Positions 1-15,100 of a DNA stretch of 64,000 nt are shown here, one piece after another. Positions within the stretch are counted from its first letter, which is position 1; each line of letters begins with the position of its first letter. A program made the translations under genes and the position numbers. The stretch comes from Lingula anatina (lineage: Eukaryota; Animalia; Brachiopoda), in assembly GCA_051362555.1 (NCBI GenBank), contig CM120648.1, positions 16,488,587 to 16,552,586 of the forward strand. Reading direction: 5' to 3'. The notes beneath the pieces were generated by a model that had not been told where the DNA came from, searched no databases, and was given only the letters and a program-made list of their open reading frames with translations.

Positions 1-2491
1 AACCTCCACTTTTATCGATCTCAACGCCTTGTCTGATGTTTACATGTAGGCGGTATACTCCAATATTAATTGCGAACAATATCAACAGCGACTCGAGATC
101 GTTGCCTGTCTTTCACACTTTTACACAAACTCATGAAGGGTTAATAAAAGGATTCGCGTTGCGACAACTATCTCTTTCTTTCGGACAAGCAAATTAAGGG
201 CTGACCCGATGTAAGCTTTCATAACTAATTTCTCTTTGACTGTACAGGGGTATATTGTAATTACCCCACTTGGTCGCCTCCATTGTCTTGTAACAGTGAC
301 AAAGACTGTGTTTTCACACGCTAGTTTACATAACTCCTTTACCTTGTGTCTTTATCAAGGTTATAATCAGTTTGAATAGGTTGTCTTGCCTCACTTAAAA
401 AAGGAGTTGTTCTTCACACTGGTTGTTGCCTAACTTATGCTAACCTACTTTGTACAATTATGGTTTTAATACATCGCCAAAATTATGACACTAGTGAACA
501 TTGTGTATCAAACGTTTTGATACGATTGAATAAATGTGCAGGAAGGATTACGGAATGAGTTACTATTTACCCCCCCCCCCCACGCGCCCCCCAAAAAATG
601 CTCTTTTAATTTGAAATGAATTTGTTTTTAACGCAAAGAAGTCCAAAACTCCTTTCACGACTCAGTCATTGTACAGCATGTTGTAATCGATATTTAAAAA
701 AGTTAATTTTTGTACCCCGCCTTTCAGTGTTTATTGTGGTGCTTGCTTTCATCGGGGACACTGCCTGTTGAGGTTACAATTACGTGGCTAGCCTATCTCC
801 ATAGGTTACTGGAATATATCTAAGTACACGTAAAGCTTTGTAAAGTCTCTTTTGTCACACATCATAGTTATTGAATTTTGTCTTGAATGAAAAAATACCC
901 TCAAATTATCGTTTTGTGCTTAAACATTTCATAACTTGGACCGAAGTTTGATATACAGTGTACTGTAGCTACAATGGCATTCCTCAAGTTGGGTCTGCTG
1001 GGGGAGGGGGGCATTTAAATGGTAAACGAAGAAGTCCACCTGTAAACAGCAACGGTTTAAATGATCGCTATCTCGGTTCCTTTTTCTTTGACAGCATCAT
1101 AGAAAATGTTAAGGGAGAAAGTCACACATACCCACGGCGTTGTTTTGTCTTCAGCATTTCCTCCTTCTTGCTTACTGCAATTATTATCGTCAATTAATGA
1201 AACCGAGAAAGCAATTAAATGATGGCACATTGAATATAATCACTAGGTGCATTTCGCTGAGTGTTAACAAGATCTAGCGAAACATTTTATTTCAAAATAA
1301 ATTTATATGTGATTTTACCTCTGTCGTGTGTGTTATTTCAAACAAAACGATTTCCTGAAAGACCAACTTTAAAATGTATGTCTATTCAGCAAAATAATGT
1401 AATTAAATACAACTATGAGTAATGTATTTAAACTACGGCCGTATATGCGATGGCCATGTGGGATTATAATTGCATACCTTCATGCAAAACAGTCTATCGT
1501 TTCTTCCACCGCGAGTCCCTTTAATTAATGTATTATATTACTCTTTACCCTTTTTATTTGACACTGTCTCCGTTTCTCTCCCCTTTTCCTTTCTCTTGTA
1601 AGAAGGAGGGCAAATAATTAAGCATTCGAAATATGCATCACCAATCTTCAGAAAAGAATGAGTGAATGAACCATTGGGCTGGCCCACAACGTCCGACACA
1701 GCAGAATAAATTAAGTAACAGCTTTCACAGATTTAACTGCATTTAGCTGTATAGCGTCACTATATACATAATCCGCTGCACGCGCGAGGCTGTTGAACAA
1801 AAGGATAGTTCTCTATGGAAGACCTTTTGTTTACATAAGTACTCTAAGGGGGCGTGCCTACCCAGGCGACAAGAGGATAAGGCTAGTCACTATATTCCGT
1901 CAAAATCGTTTAGCGACCCTATCATTATCACACTCCCTCTATTGTATTTTCTGACGTTATAATTGTATCTAATCTTCTTACGTTAGATGGAATAAATGCA
2001 CACATACATAATCTTATGACTGTAATTATTCATTGTACAATAACAGTGTAACTTACAATTTTTGTAAAGTAAAAGTTTCTTTCTAAATACCACTAACGGT
2101 ACATAACAGGCGTGTATTCCACTGATAATTGCCATGCAAAACTATCAAAACTATTATCAAAAATGACACACAAATTATAAGAAGTTTAAGCACTTTTTAA
2201 CGATTTGAGGACATAGGAGGTTGAATTTTGGTGACTATATTTTAACGTGGAACCAGCTATCGAAATGATGGCTGCACGGTCCTGTGCTCAATTATTTGTC
2301 GAACATAACATTTTAATCATTCTCAAACCATTCCCGGTTTTTTTACTTCCGGCTTGTGGTTATTTATAGGCATAACTTTAGATCTGGTATATTCCATTTT
2401 AAATATCCAGTCTATATTTGAGAAAATATTGTGACGTTTATTTGGGTTTTGTATCAAAACTAGGACTTAAAATGCACCTTTAATGTTTCAG

Positions 2492-3111
2492 GTCACTTTT
2501 CAGAGGAAATCAATAGACAAGACCCATTACTGCAAGAAGCATATCAACGAGCATGTAAGGATGGCTTTGAAAGAGTGAAGAGGGCAAGGGTGATGCTGCT
2601 GGGCCATTACGGCGCAGGTAAAACACACCTGAGAAAGAGGCTTCTCGGAAAGGAATATGATGAAGTTAAAGATCCAATCACTAATGGTATAGAAACCGAC
2701 TACGTTCTTGTAAAGGAGGGTTGGAATTCAGATGAAGCTGGTAAGAATAATTGTTGTTCTGCAGAGAGAAAAAAATCAATATCAAAACTTGTTTATTGCA
2801 TATATTTTTTTTAATAATTTCTTGAAGATGTATTAGTATACAGGGACTTTTTTTAATTTCTCCTTTTTTATTATTTATATATAGTTACCTTAATACAGCA
2901 GCATTTTCTCCTTGTTTATCATTTATTCGGTGCCTTTGAAGATAAATATTATTATGTATTTCATGACAAATAGTTAAACGCTGCTTTGATTTATAGACAG
3001 TCATGGGCCAGCAATATCACGTTTGCTTGCTGTTAACATGAGAAAAATACATGAGGAAATCCTGGCAAGTCATGCAGGTAATTCGTATTTATTTACACCT
3101 AAATAGTGTAA

Positions 3112-3153
<42 letters not shown>

Positions 3154-6100
3154 GTGCATAGATGATCAACTGCAGAAACATTTGCTAATTTGAAACAAAT
3201 TAACAAACAAAAAAGTCAGATAGAATTATAAATAACAAAATGTTTATTATTAAATTCATTTTAACAAACATTAAATTAATTTGAATTTTTGAATGAATCA
3301 CTGTAGAAGATGAGGCGGCGACAGATGCACCAACATCAGAGAAAGAGGAGAAACGTAAGTGCTGTGACACTCAGAAATATGAAATTGTAGTGGTAAGAAG
3401 ACTTTCAGAAACATAAGGTGGATTAAGTCAGTAGTTCCTACACATGTGATAAACAAAAAGTAGGAAACAAATAGAAAAAAGGAAAGAAAAGAACAGAAAT
3501 TGTCAGGCGGTTAGGCCATTTTTCCAGAATAGTGCAACAGTTGATTAAAGCATGAAGCTTTCAATTATGGATGGTCATTGGGTGTTTTATATTTTAAATA
3601 TGGAGGCAAAATTTATTGGTTCTTCGATCAACGGCTTTGTTAAATATGCTGACTCAGAGTTTTTTTTTTACATCCAGAGTTCACTAAAGCAAGTTCTTCC
3701 GGCGTTAATTATGATATATCGAATAAATTTAAGAAACATACAGCCACTGTTCACAACTATGACGTCATGATGATGACACTGGGTGATATTGCACACTACA
3801 AAATGACGAATATTCACTCACTCCCATTGGCCAATATTTGAACTCTGCAATGTTTTTTTCCTGTAAACTATTATTACGGATATGCATCCTCTAGGGCAAG
3901 AGAAGTAAAATTAGCTTGGTTGATTATTTTTTCATTTTTTTAAGGAAAACAACAAGACGTTGACGGATATACTTTTTGGCTATTGTGAATGTATTTCCTG
4001 TCGGAAGAACACAGTAGAGTATTTAACTTCATCCTAGTACGTTACTGTTATTAAAAAGGCAAAATGACTGCCAAAATATACAGCAAAGGGAAAATAATAA
4101 TAATGAAATGATAATATTTCTGGTATAACTAGTATAATTTTGTGTTATTTGTGATTTTTTTGTTAGCTGTGCTCTCCAACTTTTTTGACATGCAACTAAA
4201 TGTTAGGTGAGGGCGTGAGCCCTCCAGGTAGTCAAGTTGCCATGCCCCTGTGTCCAATAGTGAAGAATGTAATTCTTTGAAAAATAATTGTATTTTTTAG
4301 GTTAGAGAAGTCAGCTTAACTTTAATAATTTCTTGGATATTGAGCACTTTTCATAACTAATATGGTCGCTAAATTTTAGCGTAGAAAAGCTTTTTGTTTA
4401 ATATACACAACTTATGGTGTTAATAAGGGTATCAGGACAATTTCCCCCCGGACTATTCCCGGCGGACAATTCCCCCCAGGACGATTCCCCACCGGGCTAT
4501 TCCCCCCTGAAGAATATATATATATTTAGATACAAATATAAAGTAAAGAGTACAAAGTTAAAATCTTTTCATCCATTTTCTGAATATTTCTTAGTGATGC
4601 AAATCAAGGATAGATAATATTAATTTTATTAAACAATTTATTTTCATGGAGTACAAGTACATAAAATTTTCGAGATAGAAGTACAGAACATTTTATTAAA
4701 CATCTGATCAAAGTATATCTCCAGGTAAAGGAGGGATAAACAGATGATGTCACTCATCCAGGTAGCCCTTTGATGAATTAACTGTTACTTTCAATTGCTT
4801 TATTTCTCCCCTCTTGATTGAGTAAGTCTTGAAACAAGGAGCTTCTCTAGGGAGAGGTTGGGTAAACAGATTTTCTCGCTTATCCAGGTATCCCTGTGAC
4901 TGTTTGTCACTTTTAATTGCTTGACCACTACCCGCACGAAAATGCAATAGTATCGAAGTAGCAAAAAAGCATTAACGCAGTAGTGGTGTGGAGCATATTT
5001 GCAGTAGAAATGCAGCATAGCCTACTGCAATTCTACTCCAAAAAGTACATAGATTTGTACAGAGAGGAGCATTAATGCAGTAGATTAGCAGCATGATAGA
5101 AACATGTTTCAAATATGCTAATTAGGTCCCAAATCGAAGCAGATTTGAAGCATGTTTGCAGTATGATTGCAGTAGTCTACTGCGCTGGAGTATCTACTGC
5201 GTTTTCTTGCGGGCTACCCACCACCCACGACACTAAAAACATAAAATATCTGACACTGTTTACCTGTTCATCTGTTTACCCCACCTTTACCTGAAGGATA
5301 GGTGGTTATACTTCGATTAAATATTTAATAAATCTTCCTGTACTTTCACTCAATGAAAAACGGTGGGGGGGGGGGGATTGTCCGGGGGGAATTGTCCGGG
5401 GGGAATAGTCCGTGGGGGGAATTGTCCTAGAATCGTTGATAAGTCAAGATAAACAATTTTAGACACCATTCTTATATCATTTCTGCAACTATGATAGCAC
5501 TCTCCCTCCTCTCCCTCGGTTTGTATGTCATTTAAAAAACATAATGTGCACCAAACAGTGATAGATTGACATACCTCTGGTACAAACAATGTGTAGGCCA
5601 GTAACCAAGTCTGTGCAAACTTACCGCCAAATTATGTAAGCGGAAACCTTCTAGACCTTCACACAGCACCCGACAACGATGACAGACGAGAAGGGAATTT
5701 TGATATCTTCATCGAGACACCGTTCATGCTCAGAGGGAGACAGGAAGGCAGTTTTCGTATTTGCTGAAGGGACTTCATTTACGGAAGATCGTCAGAGGGA
5801 GATAATTTCCAATCCAAGCGACACGAGAAAACAGTTGTCATACTCGTTCAAGTAGGGAATTCGAATCCATTCGTAGTGGCGATTTTTTTTTAATTGGGGG
5901 GGGGGGGGGGGTGGAGGTTCAGGGGAGTCCTACAAACCCCTCCCCCTTTAGATTTCTGAAAAAAATCACACCAAATGCCCCATTTTCAAATTAGAATGTT
6001 GACTTGCTGATTCATAGTTCTATACCGTACCAAATGGCAGCATTTGTCATATAAAATAACAAACTTTTCGGGGGGGGGGGGGGGGGGGGGGGCTTCAGCC

Positions 6101-9100
6101 AAGGGGCGGGTGGGGGAGAGTCGGCTTCGCATCCGTGGAAGATCGCTCAAGATCCAAGCAAGACGACAAGGCAATTTTCATGTCTTCTTCAGGCTGCGTC
6201 TATTCTGTGTCTTCAGCAGGAGATTGTTTGTGATCGGAGCGAGACGAGATGGCAATTTTCCTACTCGTTCAAGTAGGGTCCCTGTTTGCGGGAGATCGCC
6301 ACTGACCAGAGCGAGACGAGAAGGCAATTTTCCCTAACAGTTCCTTCAGCGGTAGATCGTTCGCGATCCAAGCGATATGAAAGGGCAATTTCCATATTTG
6401 TTCAAAGGACTTCATCAGCAGAAGATCATTAGCAACTAAGTGAAATATGTTAATGTCTGGCCCTGCAAAATATATTCACATTACAGGCTGAAATAGTACC
6501 ATTAAACTACATAAAAAGTTAACATGCTCTATAGCTCCTGGGAGAAGTTCATACTGCCACCAAAATGGAAACAACACAAAATTAGATCGCAGTTGAACTT
6601 TATTTTATATCATTCTATAATATATTCCATTTTAGGGTGCATTCCCATGGATTTTAGATCGATCTATCCCCGGGGGAGTCTCACTAGATTACTGTCAGAT
6701 AATAGCTTAAATGTCCGTCCCGCCTACTACAAGCTGTAAAGGGGTAATTAACTTCGAGCCCGCTCGGCTGACAGCTATTTAGCGTGAACCCCCAGGGAGT
6801 GAGGTCGATCTAGTTGGATCGATCTAATCTCTTGGAATGGGGTCTAAGTTACCTTCACTCCTTTGATTTTTTTTTTCATTTTATTTCTTTAAGTTTTGGA
6901 TATTTAACATACTGATAATGATAGTTGGGGTTCTTTGCGAATTAAAAATAACAATGAACAGAAAAATCTAAGGCGTAAATTGTTTTGATTAGATTAATTA
7001 TAACAGTTATATATTGATTTTTTCTGTTATTCTCTATCTCCTGCATACTTAGGCGGTTATTTTGTTTGATTAATAACAGAAATGTGCTTTTACATAGTCA
7101 TTTATCCTATAGTTTTTCCTACAAAAAATACATTCAAAAAATCCACAAAAAAGTATATTTGACTTCTGGTTGTTTTTTTTATTTTCCTCATAAATTGACA
7201 GCCAAATTGAAATATGCTCAATGGAAGAATACTGGGACTATGGGAGTGGGGGGATATTCTATGACTAGAAAAAAAAGAAACAAAGAATTAAATTCACAGA
7301 CTACAAGTTTCTTAGCGTTCAATCACATGTTTAAGCTATCATTCTTTAGCAAAGGATCTTTGACAAAACATCAGTCTAGATGAAAATTTAAGAACGATCA
7401 ATAATGTTGTCTTGAAGTGCTTTGTAGAAGAATCTCAATTGTGATGGTTTCTTTGTTTGTCATAAAGCCACTTTAAAACAATCCTTTGTTTGTGGATGAT
7501 GTTTCCATTTTATTTTTTGTTATGTACATGTTACCCTCTAAAAATGACAATGCCACTTGAAAGCAATCCTTAGTCAGGTTTCCATGTTATTTTTGTATTA
7601 ACCCACTATTTTACATATTGATTGTAGGAAAAAAAATACTGGCTCTTTTATTGACCCACATCGCCATGTCGTACCACATAATTACATTACTATTTTACTT
7701 TTTTCTTGACAAGCTTCATCAAAGCCTCCAGGAAAGAAGTCAGGTGTAAATCAAGAGGACAGTTTAACACGTATGTGAAAATATAAGTATGATTTGAAAC
7801 CAAGCATTTTAAAATATGAAGGAAAAAACCAATTCAATAATTGAATAATGATTCAGTTAATATCATTGAAGAATTATTGAATTAATTAAATCAAAAGTTT
7901 CTAAGTGTTCAGTCACATATTTAACCGTTATTTCTTTTTAAAATAGATATAATGATAAAACGTCATTTTAGGTGAAAATCTAAAAGTGGTCACTAATGTT
8001 ATCTTGAAGTGCTCTGTAGAAGAATCTCAATTGTGATGGTTTCTTTGTTTGTCATAAAGGCACTTTAAAACAATCCTTTGTTTCCATTTTATTTTATTTT
8101 TTTTCTTATGTACAAGTTAACCTTTACCAGAGTTGCTGATTATATAGGGAAAATGGAAAATTCCATTGTAGATGTAACTATCACACCACAAACCCCTTTT
8201 ATCATGAGCAGCTGAGATGGATCGAAATGCACAATGGTTGTACGAAAAATACTGAATGTTTAATTTATCCACATCACCTTACCTTGTTGTATTAACGTTG
8301 TACCACACATATACATTAATAGTTCACTTTTCCTCTTTTCCAGCTTCATTGAAGCCTCCAGGAAAGCTGCCTGGTATTAGTCAAGAGGAAACTGTAGCAG
8401 GTATATGAAAAATATTAGTATGTTTAAGTTTGGAAATGAAGCATGGTACAAATATGAGGAAAAGAACTCCATTCAAACATACTGTATAATAAATGCAGCA
8501 TAAAAGAATCATGACAGAGTATAAGGATAACAAGTTGCATAGATATCTGATATCTTAATTTTATAGGATTTTGGGGGAATTATGCATAAAGATGCGCTGT
8601 AGTGAACATAGTAACCGAAGGAAGCTTTCAATCACAATCGTTCACTTACGCTCACTTAAGCCTGGGTCACACTGCGCTTGCAACCTTTTGGCAACCTCTT
8701 TGCAACCTCAGTCGCAAGGAGGTTGCCATAGGTTTCAAAGTGGTCGCATAAGGATGCTAACAGGTCGCTTGCGATCACTGACACATGAAGGCCATTTTTG
8801 TGCACCAACAACCGACTGAAGATGAAAAATATCGTTATCATAAAGTTTGCCTATCTGTCTCTACTTGGTTGTCAGTAGGTTGCTATAACCAGTAGCACAC
8901 CATTTGCAACTGTACGGTCGATTGACAGTATTGAGTCGACTGGTCGCTTACAAGTTTTTTTACCAGTCGCGAGTAGTCGGCAGCAGGTCGCTAGAAGGTT
9001 GCAGTTGTAACTACATGGTCGATTGACGGTCTTTTGTCTCTGGATCGCTAACAGGCATTCGAAAATACGTTGCAGGAAGGTTGCAAGCGACTGCAATAAA

Positions 9101-12100
9101 ATAGGTGGATAATGGTGGTCTATTTGGGCAAATGTCATTTACAAAGCCATATATTCAGTTTAAACTATGAAACAAATGCACCAATGCAGAGAAAACGGAA
9201 AATAAAACAATTTAATCAGCAATGTATAATTGTTATCTAATATCATACTTTCAACCATCAAAATTATCCATAAATAATTGAACAGGTTGTTAAATGCGTC
9301 CAATAATCTTAAATAAAAATAGTTTCAGCACAAACAATTTAACATCTTCCCAGTGCTTGGTATCCTTACCACAAGGCTGAGAGTGTAAAAAGTACAGCGC
9401 ACGACCTGTCACGATTTTATTACCTTGTATTGTAAGTGGGATACGCCTGGGGTTAAAAAGACAAAGGGAAAACCACATATTCGGTTGCAGTTCGGTTGCA
9501 AAGCGGTCGGCCACTTGTTACCAACCGGTTGGATGACACAAGTAGGTTTTTCTGTCGCCAGGAGATTATCTGTGCTGCACCTTTTTTGCAACCGCAAAGT
9601 GTTTTTTGTCCAGTGTGACCGTAACCGCACAGGCCTTGCGACATCAAAGAGGCCAAGTATCTGAACAAGAACATATTAAAGAGTAATATAAGATGAAGGA
9701 TTAAAACGCGTTCAAATTTTTTTTTTACAGCACTGGTTTCGTTAGTTGAGGGTGCAGTCTGTTCAAAAGTTCAGAAAGCAATGCTGGTCTTATTTTTAGG
9801 AAGAAAATTAAGTATTCCTTTTAATCAAGTCCAAGTTCTTCCATCAAATGTTTGTAATGGCGTTACAAGGGGCGTCTTGCAATCCACGGTCTCACCCAGT
9901 CTTTCCGAGTTTTATTTTAATTATTATTTTATTACTTCTTAGGTAAACAAAGCCAATGATTATCGCAGTCCCGTCTTTTTGAAAAGGGGACGTTTTACTA
10001 GAACCTTTTTTTTTTTGTCTTTTGAGAGGGGAATTTATAAGAAAGCAGCTACTTCACAAGTTTGCAACATATATATTCTGTGCGACCTTGCTGCTACCAG
10101 TTGACAAGCGATTGCTACAGTCCTGCAACCGGTTTTCAATCACCTAGTGGTTGCAGACAGGTTGCTCGCCAAACGGTGTGCGACTGTTAACCTACAACTT
10201 GAAGATGGTCTATAAGAGGTTGCAGATGCCATACTGCAACCTTGTTGCAACCGGTTTGCGGCTGCTTGCCGATCAAAATCGGCCATAGCTTCTTTATATT
10301 TCACTTTTGCAAAGTGATCGCAAGCGATCGCCAGATTTTGTGGTTGAAAAAAAGGTTTTTACACAAGTAAACCTTTCACTCTCTTGAACTCCCGACAGCG
10401 TGCACTACACACGAATTAACAGAAAAAGCTCTTACACGTGGTATTTAATTTAATTTGTAATGTTTATGATTTCTTAAAGATGCTTCAAAACATGAGGATG
10501 AGAATACGCCATCAACAGAAGGACAAAGTTTGGTATCAGAAGAGAAGGAAAGGGGTACAGTAGTTTCTCGCATCTTAGAAATCTCTTGCAATTATCTTAC
10601 ACCATAATTAACTGCCATCAACGTGCAATGACAGGTCAGGATGCACAATGGGGCAGGTAATCTATTTCCCTTTAATCAAAAGTAGTATGACAATAACACA
10701 AGGCAATATATACGTCATGCAGTTTTTATTGGATATATCTCTGCACTACAAATTTTGGCAAAGTGTTCTTGTCCAGTTTTTTAATTGAAGGGAAAGGTGA
10801 CAAAATGTTTTATATTAAATTTATCTAACCCACCTGAGCAATGCATGTTGTGGCATAAGGTAATGGCTTGATCATTTCAAAAGGTGAGGTAGCAAATTTA
10901 ACAGATAACTTTTTTTTTAGGAAATAAATTCTTAAAATCAACACAATCCTATTGAGTGGTAGCAACGCAATTAAAAAATATAATCTCTAACAGTTCTATT
11001 CTATGCAGAAGAAGCAGCAACATGTTACATTATACCGTATATGTTTAGTTATTCCAAAATTATGTTAATATTGAAACCATCGAACCATCACAATGTAAAA
11101 AACACTCTAGCTTTTATACTGTATTTCATACAACTAAATGATTCGATTTGTGTGTCTTCATTTTAATACTGAAATACACATTTATAATTTTAGAACATCA
11201 GCCCAGCCCTGGTAGTTTGTCCAATTTTAAAACAAAGGAGAGTATGGAACTCCCGCCTGATGTCATAGCACATTTGACAGAAAGCTCATACGACATTGAG
11301 AATCCACCAGCTCGTCTAACAGTGTGGGATTTTGGAGGGCAAAGTGTGTATTACAACACTCACCACACGTTCCTTTCTTCGAGAGCTATTTACATTCTTG
11401 TCATTGATATGAGCCTTGCTTTAACAGACAGGCTTGACGACCAATGGCATGGTGCTGAACACTTCTCAGGAACTACTCTCGGTAAGGCATCCACCAGCTC
11501 ACAATTGTTTATAGTGAGTATATAATTTACAATCAGTTGGACAAGCATTTTACCTGAAAGGGTGTTTATGTTCATTAAATCATTTTACTACCAGTTGTGT
11601 TGCTACCAGGTACGAATGTCAATTATGATTAAAAGGAACTGACAATAAGGGTCCTTTTTTAATCCGATTGGATCAAAATTAATACATGTCTAAGTAAAAA
11701 GTGAACTTGTTTATCTATTTATAATTTCGATTTTCCTGTAGTATTTTGAAAGCTTGCTCGGGAATAAATGTTCTTACTACTATGTTCTATAGAATATTTG
11801 TTGGTTATTATTTTAATGACACAGCTCTCAAAAATCAAACTGATCGAATAGCCAATATTACTAAAATACAAATGAATTTTGTCTGATGTATTTCCAGACT
11901 TTACTGATTATTGGATAGACGCAATCCATACTTATGCGACACAGCAAAACATAAGTGAAGATGGGGAATCATCCCCCCGAATAATCATCGCTTGCACGCA
12001 TAAAGACAAATACCTGGAAAATGTTCCCAAAGAAAAGGTAGGCATTAGTACTGAAGCAAAAACAACAACAATAATAATAATAAGGTTTAACTGTTTTGAA

Positions 12101-15100
12101 AAAAAAAACAGTTATCACCATTGACTGATAAAATGTATGATTGAAGCTTGCAGTGTGTTGACAAACTGTTTCTCCCATTCTCTTACAGCATGAAGAAAAA
12201 ATAAATGCGTACTTTGCTGAGTTGCGACAGCATATACAACAGAAGCGAAGTGGTGTGCATGTTGATCCTCGTTTCTTTGCAATTGACAACACATGTCAAG
12301 ATGAAGATCCTGAAATATCTGATCTTCGTCGATATGTTATGAAAATTGCTGAAAGCCAAAAATCTTGGGGAGAGAAGAATCCAATAAGATGGATAAGATT
12401 AGAAGAAGAGCTTCAGCTGCGACGACCACCTGAGAAACGAGAAAAAAGGTGGATAAGGTATGAGGAGCTGCAAAAATTAGCTCTTGAAGTTGGAATGCAG
12501 GGTGGCATTGAGCTGAAATCATTCCTCCAGTTCCACCATGACATTGGAGATCTGCACTTTCAGACTGATGATCTCCCAGACACTGTCATTTTGAATCCAC
12601 TGTGGTTGATAGACGCATTCAGGTCTATTATAGCGGTTGATAAACACCATGACAAAACCAAAGGGACTCCGTATTGGTCTGCATTAAAAAAAGGCATCTT
12701 AGATGAAAGACTTTTGGATGAGCTGTGGGGAGATGACAGTGAGTTGAAGCCTATTGTAATTGGTGTTATGGTTCAATTCAACATTCTTTTGCAACAGGAC
12801 GTCAAGCCAGGTACAACAGGAAAGCTTACTTCTCGACAGTTCTATGTGCCCAGCTTACTCCAGATATGTAAGAATCCAGAATTAGGGGTTGGCAGTGAAG
12901 GAACACTATTTATAAAAGGGAAAGAGAACTTTATGCCACATGTGCTATTTAATCGGCTTACATCAAAATTAGTCCAAAATGACACATCTCCAGCTAGGAA
13001 AGGATTAAGAAGAAGAGGTGATTTTTTCCTCATAAAAAATGAGCTGTACTATGATTATGCTGTATATGCAATCGATCCACGCAGAGGAGCTCGTTGTGCT
13101 TTGAGAAAGTCAACAAAATCCTCTTGCATCGAACTGATTCCCTTATATCCCTCGGAGACAAAGTTTGACAGAACAATCCGAGAGGCATATGCTAAGTGGA
13201 AGAATCATGTTTTCATGCAAATTCAGCAAGTTAAGCAGACTGTCTGCCCACATTTGCAGCTGGAATGGTGTGTCAGAAATCCAAGAAAGCCAAAGGTCAG
13301 AGGGGAGCTGACGACAATAAATCCAATGGAGTCTGATCTCACAGCATGTGGGCTACCTGAGGATTCAGTGTACAGACTATGGTTTATGCCAGACTCAAGT
13401 GAGAAGGTAAGTCATGTAAATATATAATGGGAGTGTGGCTCAGTCATAACTTGTACATGAATAGGTATCTTTGTGAAATTCATTTTGTTTAGAAGTAAAT
13501 GTGAATTTGTAAATAAATAAATAAATAAATAAAAATAATCTAACTATCTGATCGCTTTGTTTCTTTTATTCAACAGGAGCATGATGTAACTCCACCTACC
13601 AGGTCATTACCGAGCGATACTGGAGGTAAATTATCACAGAACTCTATGCACTCATGAAATATAAATTTTAAAATGTATTAATAGTTGATTGATTTTCCCA
13701 ATATCAGGGATGTGGAAGAGCCATTAGGCTTTTCAATACACTTGGGAGGTTGGGTTGTCCCTGAGAATGGTTGATTCAAAAAAATTTTTTCAAATTTTAA
13801 TTTTATTTTATATTCGTCCCAGACCATTGCAGTGAGGAATTTACCACAGTTATGTATTGAGAGAACTATTATCAAGGGTGTGTATTAGCATTTAGGAATT
13901 TTAGTTCAACAGGGGGGGGGGGTGTTGTCATTGGGGGTTGGTGGTTTTTTAATCATTTTAATATTGTAATTTCAACTGAGTCCGCTTAAACCTTCCATGA
14001 TGCACGTGTGCCAACTGTTTTATGTGTGTTGCATTCTGGTCTAGATATGTCCACTGGTATTTCCGGTCAAGTGTGGTACCAGAAGTGGGCATACAAACAC
14101 CATCAGCAAGTAGACAATATTTTCTGGCGTTTGCCTGTGTACATTTGGCAGCTTTGCTGCTTTCTTTGTTCAAGCACAAGTAATGTTAGAATATATACAC
14201 TAATGCGCTTGATTTGCTCTGAAAGTGGAATATAAGATCACAAATGATTGTATACGGTCTTAATCAATACAGCAGTAGTCTTACAATGAATCTGCTTTTT
14301 AGATCAAAAATGATCTAACTTCTTATTAATTGGTCAAGCAATTTCCTCCCCTTACAATGGAGGACACCTTTGCTCACAATAGGAGAACGTGTGAGAGGAG
14401 ACAGACATAACGAGTCAGTCCAGTTATGGTGTTACTAATGATTTAAGACCATGTAAGATTGTTTTTGATCTGAAATTGCATTTTAAGACCAAATCAGGCG
14501 CACTAGTGATAGCTTTTGTTCAGAGAGATTATAGTTAAAAATGATTAAGAGAAAGATGATTATATTAATTTACATTGTTGTAGGAAACAGACATTGTGGT
14601 AGGTCACAAGAACAAAGAATGTTAGAATTACCAGCACCACCCCAGCCCAGGCACTCTGCCTCACAAGCCAATGAGGAGCTAGGGACAGATGCTCTCAAAG
14701 ATACATACCTGAGGAGATTCTCCATCACTCCAGAAGGTGGACATGTTCACCTGAAGGAAGTTGGAGTATTCCTGTTAGTGCCTCCAGGAGCTCTGGCTGA
14801 CACCACAGAAATGTTCATTGGTATAAGTCGGAGAGAAGAAGACATGCCACCGCTGCCACCATGTCAGACTAGAGCAAGTCCAGTTGTTGTCTGCGGACCA
14901 CATGGCCTGACGTTCAGAAAACCAGTGTTCTTGTCATTTTATCACTGCATATCGGGCACACGCCAAAGAAAGATTGGAAAGAGCTGTCCTGAAAATTTGA
15001 CTCAGAATTCAAGAATGGACAATCCATTTTACATATGGCAGTCAGAAACTCACTTAAATGACCCTTGTCAGTGGAAAGTATTGAGCAGTGATTCTGCTGT

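Noticed and set aside
4414-6337. Pro/Gly-rich short ORFs
   Set aside because: They arise from MULE subterminal repeats and G/C homopolymers.
2492-13406. LRRK2/DAPK/MFHAS1 orthology
   Set aside because: No kinase, LRR, ankyrin or WD40 domain is visible; only ROC-COR is shared, so no gene symbol is given.
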